64,000 nt of DNA, taken from Narcine bancroftii. Its lineage: Eukaryota. Location: NCBI RefSeq assembly GCF_036971445.1, contig NC_091473.1, positions 250,976,001 to 251,040,000 of the forward strand, in the 5' to 3' direction. Under the pieces are notes generated by a model. It had not been told where the DNA came from, ran no database searches, and was given only the letters and a program-made list of their open reading frames with translations. A program made the translations under genes and the position numbers. Shown piece by piece: positions 26,801 through 36,504 of the stretch (position 1 is the stretch's first letter; every line of letters starts with the position of its first letter).

Positions 26801-27941
26801 TGTATTATTAGATTAAAGAGTGAAGGGGTTTTTTTTTGTTTAAATATTTAAAAAAAAACATAAGCAAGTATTTGATTGTTTAAAAAACTAAAAATTGATG
26901 TGGTTTTTTTTGTAAAGTTTATTCAGTAGATAAGGAATATCTGAAATTTAAATGTGAATGGGATGGATAAGTTTTTTTTTTATATATTTTTTCTTTAACT
27001 TTAAGGTGAAAGGAGTGGTAATTCTGGTGTATATTATTTTGCTATTTTAGTTATAGAACGAAGGGAATAATGGTGAAAGTTATAAATTGAATTGTACAAT
27101 TCTTAATGAGGCTTGAATTTTGTTTGTGGTTTATGCTCCATTTGTTGAAGATATAGATTTCGTTGTAGTTTTGTTTTTATTATTTGGATATCTGAATTTT
27201 AACGTAATGATTGGGGATATTTAAATGTGGTATTGGAGCTTTTATTGGATAACTATTCAAGAGTAAAAGGGAAAAATGGTGGAAGAGTACTAAAATTGAA
27301 TTGTACAATGTTTAATGAGGTTTGAATTTTGTTTTAAGATGGTGGTTTATGTGACTAATATGATGATAGATGTGAAGTTAGTTGATATTTGGTGAAGGTT
27401 TATCTCTATAGAGAAAGGTTTTTTTTCGTTTTTTTTCATGCTACCATTTTTTTTTAAGAATTGATTATTGTTTAAGAAATTTTGATAGATAATGTTACTA
27501 ACTTTACTAATTTTTTATATTGTTTGAGTTAAATATGTTTCATCTTAACTCCGTTTGTTAAATATATGCATTTAAGTTTGATTTAAATATGTTTTTTAAG
27601 TCTGATATCTTAGTATTAATTACTTTTCTTTTTGTTAGTATTTTAATCGGTTATGTTTTTGTTTTTTTTGTAAGTGGGTTTTTTTTCTCACATATATTAT
27701 TAACTTTATTAATTCTTCACTCTTTATTTTGGGGGGAAAGGGGGGTTGGACTAATTTGAGTTGGGTTATTAATGTGTAATAATTATTGGGGAGGGTATAG
27801 TTTATTTAGATTACTGCTACTGTATTGTAATTTTATTATTTTATTCTTAATGTTTTTTTAATGTAATCCTATATGTTATTCATGTTATAAAATCTTAAAT
27901 AAAGTTTTTAAAAAAAAAGAAAAGAGGGTTGGTGCGAGAAC
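23869..27941 (-). mobile_element. 5'-truncated RTE-clade LINE, interrupted by the HAL1-like element
   Basis: LAPTLFSIFF, ELLFADDAAL, MEDHRLPKIVLFGEL; AAAG-type tail; TSD ataatt at 23863-23868 and 27942-27947. Confidence 0.92.
25049..27918 (+). mobile_element. ORF1-only L1 derivative (HAL1-like), complete from 5' end to poly(A)
   Basis: 18-bp TSD gaaaagagggttggtgcg (25031-25048, 27919-27936); 5' G-run plus CAAGATGGCG; L1 ORF1p motifs RRNNIKIIGLPEG, ERAHR, FYADLS, RYPA; AATAAA and A-tail; no RT. Confidence 0.9.
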
Positions 27942-29199
27942 ATAATTACTATCTATCTTAATACCTAAAAACTTAATCCGATCTGACCACTTAAATTTGA
28001 CAATAGGCCTGCACAGAGAATAATCCATTTCAGCGAAAGGCATAATCTCACTCTTTTCCCAGTTGATTTTATAACCTGATACTTCACCGTATACTGCTCC
28101 AATCAATCATGAAAACTACTCAAAAATTTCAAAGGTTGCACTAAATTTATCAAAACTTCATCTGAAAACAAGGATATCAATTTTTAATAAAACCTGCTTA
28201 ATCTACATGAATTAAATCTGGTAAAAAATTTAGTTAATCTATTAGCCAGAACCTTGGCAACAATTTTATAATCTACATTCAATAAAGAAATAGGTCTATA
28301 AGACCCAGCTTTTAATGGCTCCCTATCCTTCTTAAGAATAACTGTAATAATTGCTTTAGGAAAAGATTCCAGAAAAGAACAAATCTCTGTCGCATGTTTC
28401 AATACACCCATCAATAAAGGAATTAATAGGTCTTGAAATTCTTTATAAAATTCAGAAGTAAAACCATCATCTCCTGGAGAATTCCCACTAGCCATAGATC
28501 GAAGTGCATCTATTAGTTCTTTAACAGTAAAGGAAGCATCTAAATCCTTGATATCTTTATCCTTCAAAAAAGAAAAAGCTAAATCAGATTTTAAAAAATG
28601 ATCAGTTTTAGCTTCATCTTCCTATACTTCAGAAGTATACCAATTTCTCATAAAATTTATGAAAATCATTATTAATTTCCTGAGGTTTATATGTAATCAT
28701 TGAATCAGATCTAATAGCATTTATTGTTCTTGAAGTTTGTTCTGTTTTCAACTGCCAAGCTAAAACTTTATGGGCTCTCTCGCCCAACTCATATCGCCAT
28801 TTAGTTCTCTGTAATAATTTCTCAAATTTATAAGTTTGTAATGAATTATACCGTAAATTCATATTAACTAAGTGTCTTTCTTAACTTCCATAGAATATCA
28901 TTGCAAATCCTTTTCCAAAATTTCTATCTCCTTCTCCAATTTACTAACCTCAGCCATATGTTGTTTCTTAATTTTAGTAGTATAATTTGTCCCCGTAAGT
29001 TGGCTTTTAAGGCATCCCATAAAAACAAATTTTCTATCTACTGAACCTATATTTACTTTCAAAAAAAGCTGTATTTGATTCCTTATAAATTCAGGATTTT
29101 TCAACAATAAAGAATTAAATCTCCAACGATAAACATTCTCAATTCTCTCCGAATCTGTACACGTAATTAACAACAAAGAACGATCAGACAAAATACAGT

Positions 29200-29775
29200 T
29201 CCCTTCTGAGTCCATAAATTTGTTTTGTCTTTTAGCCTTACTTGGTCACCGGTGTAGATTTCAGGTAGGTTTTTTTTCCCTCTGTCAAAGTAATAGTTTT
29301 GCTTTTCTTTCAGTTTTTCTTTGAACTTACTCACTTTCTCCCCCTCTGTTTTTAGGAGATTCTCCTGAATAGGTAGGTTTGATCTTAGCCTACGTCCCAT
29401 AAGGAGTTGTGCTGGTGTCAGGCAACACTTGAGCAGCATTGTGCAGTATACTCTCGTAGAAGTCTGTTCCACTGTCTTTTGCCTTGTACATCAGTCTTTT
29501 CACTGTCTGTACTGATTTTTCCACTAGACCATTGGACTGTGGAAAATGGGAACTTGACATGAAGTGTACAAAGTCCCACTCTTTGGCAAACTGTCGGAAC
29601 TCTAAATTGCAAATCTGGGATCCATGGTGCTGGGTGTGGCTTTAGTGTTTCTGCAAGAATGCTTGCTTTATATTTCTGGCATATTTACAGTCTGACACTT
29701 CATTTGTTACATCATTGATGATTCCTGGCCAGTACATCACCTCTTGTGCTCTTTTCTTACACTTTTCGATTCTGA
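29200..29775 (-). mobile_element. Gypsy integrase fragment
   Basis: RAQEVMYWPG, EFRQFAKEWDF, FPQSNGLVEK, TPAQLLMGRRLRSNLP in minus frames. Confidence 0.8.
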
Positions 29776-30107
29776 ATCTCCTCGACATGACACTAATCAT
29801 GGACGGATCCAACACCAAAGGAACGTCTTTACTCTTGCTGTCACTTTTTTTTAAAAACTTGGATAAGTGAGTATTTTTTTTTTGGTCTATTTTTAATCCA
29901 ACTCAACGTTACTCGAGGTCTCTGAATCAGTTAATTTCATTGAGAGAGATCTGGCGTCGTCAGCAAAAGATCCCTATTAAAACAGGATCCAAACATCCAA
30001 ACGATAAAAGGGAAATGAAACAGAATTTGGACAGATTGGTGTAGATGGACAGTGATTATTGGCTCCTTTGGCTCTGTAAACCCATTTTTATTTCTCTCTG
30101 ATTCTAT

Positions 30108-30750
30108 TGTTGAGCCAAGAGAACCCCAAAACCCAGCAGCAATAGAAATTCACCAAGACAAATGGTTACTTAAATAAAAGTTGCTTTTAATTATCTTTAA
30201 ACATGAAAAAAGAATCAAACTTTAACTTATCTCTATACTTAACTAACCCCCTTCTAATTCTAAGCGCAAATGTTTGTAATGTGTGTGTAAATTTAAGAAA
30301 AGTTCTTTGGTTCACAGTTCAATCTCACTTCTATTCTTCCAAGTTCACTGGTTGCAGGCAATTCTTATACCGTGCACAGAATTTAACGTGTATAAAGTTC
30401 ACCAGGCTTCGGTGCTTAAAAGGTAAATGTTTACCGCTCAGGTAGTTCTTGAAGGGTTTGCAGAGAGAGATTTGTTGTTCCAGGATTTCCACAACTGAGG
30501 TACCAATATTAGTCACCTCAATGTCTCACTGATGAAACTTGCCCCATCAGGGTTCTCCAGATGATAGCCTCTTTCTTTCAGGCTATCAAAGAGTTCCTTT
30601 CTGTTCCACTTATTCCAAGAGAAACATCAGACAGATAGCACTTCCAGCCATCCACTGCTCTGGAGCTTTCCGTTTCAACAAGCTTTCTGGCTTGCACTGT
30701 TCAGCTGCTTTCAACGTCAGACACACACTGGCTGAGAGAGCTTGGTCTCA

Positions 30751-30788
<38 letters not shown>

Positions 30789-31148
30789 TATCTGCCAACT
30801 GCTTGAAAGCCCATGTGACTCTCTCACTTGCAAAAAACCCCACCTTCTTCAGCAAACAACAGGAGTTCTCCCTCTTGGTCAAGCTGTTGTCTTAGGTAAA
30901 CAAAACCCAGGAGTGACCTTTCTGTGAGCTCTCTGTAGGTACTTGCAAACACCCAGTTTGTCTCCTCCAAGACAATGATCTATTCATTTCAATTAGCACC
31001 TACTTGCGAAATGTACATATCATTCTCCAAAGTTTCTGCAGTGTTATTGAATATGAATTCTTAGTATTTCAAATAAGATCTCTTTTAAAATGTATGTATG
31101 TAACCTAATTTAATCTTACCAAATTCTTCCCAATATTTATCCATTACA
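30108..31148 (-). mobile_element. Solo LTR, about 1.04 kb
   Basis: TG...CA termini, near-TSD ctat/gtat; same family as 42012-42980 (opposite orientation) and 55197-55870. Confidence 0.75.
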
Positions 31149-31444
31149 GTATCTACTAGCAGGAAATAAAACACTCCGTTGTTGACTACATGATTGAAAC
31201 AAAATATTCCATGGTAATTCTGCATAAATATATTTTTTCACGAGGATAACTAATTTTTTTTGTATTTTTGACTCTCATCAATCCAATCCAATTAAGTACA
31301 CTATTGTGGTGGTTTTTGGCTGCTTTTGTAGTTCATTTCCTTACAAGGTTTCTGTTCCACTGCAGCGAGTAGGAATTTTGGGGCACGTGTACATTGTACA
31401 ATGTGTATGACAATAAACATGATCACAAGAGGCTACTTTAGGTG

Positions 31445-31875
31445 ATGGTGAAGGAAGTGAACAATTCTTGTGTATGTAGAGCACATGGATCAGTGACTGA
31501 GTATGTCCCATCCTACCTTTGAAAGCACGAGGATGCAGATCGTGCTACTTTTTCCTCCAACCCACCCCTCCGTCAAAAAAGAGAATGCCCCCCTTTCCTC
31601 TTTGTGAGCTGATTCAGCTTGGCCACAGAGGATGCACAGCCTAGCCACAGAGGGGCGGGGTCTCTTGAACATCAACATTTAATATCCTCAAACAGGATAA
31701 TATTCACGCTGCATGTTGTGAAACTGCTGTGTGCCAATGTTCCTTATTCTGTTATTTTGCAAAGATATGTACCAATTTGTGAGGAAGTTTGTGACCCAGA
31801 TCAATTTTTTTGTAAAATAGACTGGAAAGGAACTCATCAGTGCAAATAAGAGCTGCCTTTAGAGACTGAAAGACA
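31445..31875 (+). promoter_or_regulatory. Putative proximal promoter / 5' UTR of receptor gene B
   Basis: Repeat-free island upstream of the leader ATG, with GGAAGTGAAC (~31453, ETS-IRF-like), GC box GGGGCGGGG (~31652), C/EBP-like TTTTGCAA (~31755) and PU.1/ETS GAGGAAGT (31781-31788). Confidence 0.45.
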
Positions 31876-31915
31876 ATGAAGTTAATTGCTCTACTGTTGC
31901 TCACTGTCATTTCAA
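31876..31915 (+). CDS. Receptor gene B, signal peptide exon (MKLIALLLLTVIS)
   Basis: acaATG with A at -3, basic then hydrophobic leader, phase 1 donor A|gtaaga in frame with the Ig1 exon. Confidence 0.8.
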
Positions 31916-31974
31916 GTAAGATTTTTTATTCTAACAACATTAAATATCTGACTTAATAACAATCTATCTTTTGT

Positions 31975-32690
31975 ACAGTTATGCATTTTGGTCGAGGAAA
32001 TAAATGGTCGGATTATTATTTGGATGGGGAGAAAATTCAAACCTCAGAAGTACAAAGGGTCTTGGGGTCCTCATGCAGGATACCCTGAAAATTGACAGGC
32101 AGGTTGGATCAACGGTAAAGAATGTGAATGCTATGTTGGCGTTTGTTTCAAACAGGATTGTGTACAAGAATAAGCAGGTGTTGATGAGACTCTATGGGGC
32201 ACTGGTACAGAGGAGGTTTACCAGAATGATTCCAGGAATGAGAATGATAACATATGAGGAACACTTAGCGGCTCTTGGACTCTATTCATTCAAATATTGA
32301 AGAATGAGAGGGGATCTCATAGAAACCTTTCGAATAATGAATGGATTGGACAGAGAGGATGTAAATAAGATGTTTCCCCTGTTGGGTGATTCCAGGACAA
32401 GAGGGCACGGTCCTAGAATTTAAAAAGTAACAATTTACAACAGAGATGAGGAGAAATTTCTTTAGCCAGAGGGTCGTGGATTTGTGGGATTCATTGCCAC
32501 AAGCAGCTGTGGAGCCCGGATCACTGGGAAAATTTAAAGGGGAAATTGATAGGTATCCAATTAGTCAGGGTGTCATGGGATTATAGGGACAAGGCCAGAA
32601 CGGATCTAGATGCGAAAACAGTTTCGCTCAGGGAGGTTTCACAGAACAGATTCGATGGGCCAAATGGCCTGCTTCTGCACCTTTTTCTTG
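31975..32690 (+). mobile_element. CR1-type LINE 3' fragment in gene B intron 1
   Basis: LGVLMQDTLK, QRRFTRMIPGM, RMRGDLIETF. Confidence 0.8.
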
Positions 32691-32853
32691 TGATCTCATG
32701 AACACTGCTTGACTTGCCAACTCCAGCTCAGATTATGATTTACTGATCATCTGTTTTTAAGTTAATGTTTACTATTTCAGTTTTTTTTTCCCCCATGAAG
32801 TGTCTGTTCAAGCAAAGGTTTTGGTGCTTATGTACATTTTGCCAATAAATTCA

Positions 32854-33819
32854 TTTTTTTTTTTTTTTTTTTTCTTTTTCTTTGGCTTGGCTTCGCGGAC
32901 GAAGATTTATGGAGGGGGTAAAAAAGTCCACGTCAGCTGCAGGCTCGTTTGTGGCTGACCAGTCCGATGCGGGACAGGCAGACACGATTGCAGCGGTTGC
33001 AAGGGAAAATTGGTTGGTTGGGGTTGGGTGTTGGGTTTTTCCTCCTTTGCCTTTTGTCAGTGAGGTGGGCTCTGCGGTCTTCTTCAAAGGAGGTTGCTGC
33101 CCGCCAAACTGTGAGGCGCCAAGATGCACGGTTTGAGGCGTTATCAGCCCACTGGCGGTGGTCAATGTGGCAGGCACCAAGAGATTTCTTTAGGCAGTCC
33201 TTGTACCTTTTCTTTGGTGCACCTCTGTCACGGTGGCCAGTGGAGAGCTCGCCATATAATACGATCTTGGGAAGGCGATGGTCCTCCATTCTGGAGACGT
33301 GACCCATCCAGCGCAGCTGGATCTTCAGCAGCGTGGACTCGATGCTGTCGACCTCTGCCATCTCGAGTACCTCGACGTTAGGGGTGTGAGCGCTCCAATG
33401 GATGTTGAGGATGGAGCGGAGACAACGCTGGTGGAAGCGTTCTAGGAGCCGTAGGTGGTGCCGGTAGAGGACCCATGATTCGGAGCCGAACAGGAGTGTG
33501 GGTATGACAACGGCTCTGTATACGCTTATCTTTGTGAGGTTTTTCAGTTGGTTGTTTTTCCAGACTCTTTTGTGTAGTCTTCCAAAGGCGCTATTTGCCT
33601 TGGCGAGTCTGTTGTCTATCTCATTGTCGATCCTTGCATCTGATGAAATGGTGCAGCCGAGATAGGTAAACTGGTTGACCGTTTTGAGTTTTGTGTGCCC
33701 GATGGAGATGTGGGGGGGCTGGTAGTCATGGTGGGGAGCTGGCTGATGGAGGACCTCAGTTTTCTTCAGGCTGACTTCCAGGCCAAACATTTTGGCAGTT
33801 TCCGCAAAGCAGGACGTCA
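32854..33819 (-). mobile_element. Young 5'-truncated RTE LINE in gene B intron 1
   Basis: Uninterrupted 295-aa ORF (FTYLGCTIS, LLFGSESW, RWMGHVSRM), A-rich tail, very similar to the copy at 23869-25048. Confidence 0.92.
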
Positions 33820-33854
33820 CAGCACAAAACTATATGAGCAGAGAAAAGACCCAC

Positions 33855-34210
33855 CACCAGACACATTTTTCCATCTTCTCCCCTCTCAGCCTTTCATAGG
33901 GATCTCTCCCTCCGTGACTCCCTTATGTACTCTTCCCTCCCCACCCATCGTCACCCCCCCAGCACCTTCCACTGTGGTCAAAAGAGGTGTAATACCTGCA
34001 CCCACACGTCCTCCTTCACCACGGTCCGAAGTCCAAAACAGACCTTTCAGGTGAAGCAACACTTCATCTGTACCTCCAAATAACTCATTTACTGCATCCG
34101 GTGCATCCTCTGTGGCCTTCTCTACATTGCAGAGACTGGTCCCAGATTAGGAGATTGCTTGGCCCAACATCTCCTCTCCATCCGCAACAAAAGCGACCTC
34201 CCCGTGGACA
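33855..34210 (+). mobile_element. Penelope-like element, GIY-YIG endonuclease fragment
   Basis: QVKQHFICTS..LIYCIRCILCGLLYIAET..RLGDCLAQHL; related tails near 770-1235, 39990-40445 and 47330-47615. Confidence 0.75.
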
Positions 34211-34505
34211 AGCAGCACCATTTTCCTGGGGTGAGAGTAGCAAACATCAGGGGAGGAAAGGTTAGGGGAGACTATCATACACACAGAGAAGTGGGTTCCT
34301 GGAATGTGTTGCCAGGAGTGCTGGTGGAGTCTGGCACAACAGAGACATTTAAAAGACCCTTAGGCGCATGGATGAAAGAAAAATAAAGGGTTATGGGGTA
34401 GAGAAGGTTTTCAGCAGGTTTAAATAGGTCGTACAACATTATGTGCCGAAGGGCCTGTTCTGTGCTGGAATATTCTATACCTTGATCATTAATTTCACCC
34501 AACAG

Positions 34506-34814
34506 ATACAGTGGCCTTTCACTCGATGGTGATCAGAGCTGAAGTAGGAGAAACAATGACGGTAGAATGTCCTCACACAGAGAAATATGGACGTGCAGGC
34601 TGGTGTAAAACATATCTCCCAGAAATGTGCAAAGTGGTGGTGAGCACCAATGGAGAAGACCACAATGGAAGAACATCAATCAGAAGGAAAAAAGGGTCTG
34701 TTTTTGTAACCATATTTGAAGTTGAGACAATCGACTCGGGGATATATTGGTGTGGACTCAGACAGGCAGATTTTATCCACATTTCAGATACCATCATGCT
34801 GGAAGTTTTCACAG
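34506..34814 (+). CDS. Receptor gene B, Ig-V domain 1, CD300/pIgR/TREM type
   Basis: caacag acceptor, G|gtagga donor, phase 1-1; VECP...WCKTYLPEMC (extra Cx7C pair)...GRTSI...DSGIYWCG. Confidence 0.92.
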
Positions 34815-35142
34815 GTAGGAAGTTTTCTGAAGACTATAGGACATAATATGCTTGAGGCAGTGACACAAGGCCTGGTGTCAAATTAGGAGCTCATTACACG
34901 AGCTTCGCCTCTGCAGATAATATTGCATCACCTACTGTACTCAAGAACAGGTTGACTTGCCTAGACGGCAGGTTTATCAGCATCTGGGTGTCAGTCGGAT
35001 CGAGATCCTATGTCAGGACTCTGAGGCTGCGTTATCCTATGGGGCCCGCGTTATCCTGCAGTTGGCTTCTCCATCGTCAGACATTTTGCCACTTCAGTTT
35101 CTTGTTGTTTCTAACCTCGTGACTTTTCTCATCCACAAGCAG

Positions 35143-35436
35143 ATTCATGGCAGCCAAACAAAACCACAGTCAATGGTGAAATGGGAAAAGCCATCAATAT
35201 ACATTGCCAGTACAAGAAGCAACATGCAAGCTACAAGAAATTCCTGTGTAAAGTAGCTTCCGTGAACAGATGTCGCATCATAGCTAGCTCCAGTCCGAGT
35301 AAAAACAGAAAGTATGATTATAACCTGGTGGTCACCTTGCATAGAATTGATGAAGGAGATGAAGGAGAGTATTGGTGTGGAGCCACAGACACTGTTCACT
35401 TTGAGATTGGACAGGTTAAAATCCTAGAGGTCGAAG
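35143..35436 (+). CDS. Receptor gene B, Ig-V domain 2, CD300/pIgR type
   Basis: aagcag acceptor, G|gtatga donor, phase 1-1; IHCQY...YKKFLCKVASVNRC (Cx7C)...DEGEYWCG. Confidence 0.92.
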
Positions 35437-36296
35437 GTATGAATTAACATAAAATAATTTAAAAATTGTCTTCAAGAAGTTTATATTCCATATTTCAGGC
35501 CGAAGCCCAAAGCATCAGGAATAGGTCTTTTTCTCCTTTGGACTCTGCAAGACTTGTTGAGTTCCTGCAGCATTTCTGTGTGTTTTTAACTAAAATCTCA
35601 GAATCTGCTGACTTTCGTGTTTCATCCTGCTCAGGGAATTCCTTGTGGAATATTCCAGTCAAGGGCACAGTTACATAGCTCCATGCTAGCAGTGATACAG
35701 GTTGACAAGGGGAGGGGGAGGGGTGAAGGTGATGTTTGACGCACATCGGTCAGGGCACTGAGTGCAGGATCAGGGGCGACGCGTTACCGTTAGACAAGAT
35801 GTTTGTGAGATTACACTTGGAGAACTGTGCACAGTTTCGGTCTCTCAGCTCCAGGGCTGGAAGGAATGGAGTAAAGATTCACAAGAATGTTCCCAGGACT
35901 GGTGGCTTGAATTACAAGACCGGATAGGGTTGGACTTTGCTTACTTGAGGTCAGGAGGCTGAGGGTGACCTATTAAAGATTTATAAAATGATGAGGGACA
36001 CAAGTTGGGTTCATTGCAAGTCTTTTCCCCTTGTTAGAGGGCATAGGTTTAAGGTGAAAGATTTAAAAAGGTACGGGAAATTCACTTTCCTCATTCCGAG
36101 ATTGATAAATGGAACAACCTGCTGGAGGAAGTGGAAGAGGCAGGTACAATTGTCATATTTAACAGATGTTTAGGCAGATACATTGATAGGAAAGGTTCAG
36201 AGCAGCCAAATCTCTCAACAGGGGCCCCCCGCATACCCCCTCCCCCCCCCCCCCACCCCCAGCTCAGTGATCACAGCACATTCGAGTAGGAGCCTT

Positions 36297-36504
36297 TGTA
36301 ATGAATTGCGATTCACTAGAAGTGTGCTGTACTGATGACTGGTCCTGCCTCCCAGCCCCTCCTCCGGGGGCCTATATATAACCCTGGTTTCCCGCCTAAA
36401 ACCAGAACCTCTCTGAAGCCTGTTCGTGAACCCTACCTGGGTTATAAACTAATAAAAGTGTTAGTTCTCCCTCTAGTTGAGTGTGAGCTTTTATCGATGC
36501 TACA
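36297..36504 (+). mobile_element. Intact 208-bp solo LTR
   Basis: TGTA...TACA termini, perfect 5-bp TSD gcctt, TATATATAA at 36373 and AATAAA at 36451. Confidence 0.9.

Larger units (their letters stand above)
23010..29200 (-). mobile_element. Old L1 ORF2, split by nested insertions at 23869-27941
   Basis: WRFNSLLL, HKVLAWQLK, SPGDDGF, YRPISLLNVDYKIVAKVLANRL, SGYKINWEKS; LGIKIDSNY resumes as NHLYELNY across the insertion. Confidence 0.85.
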
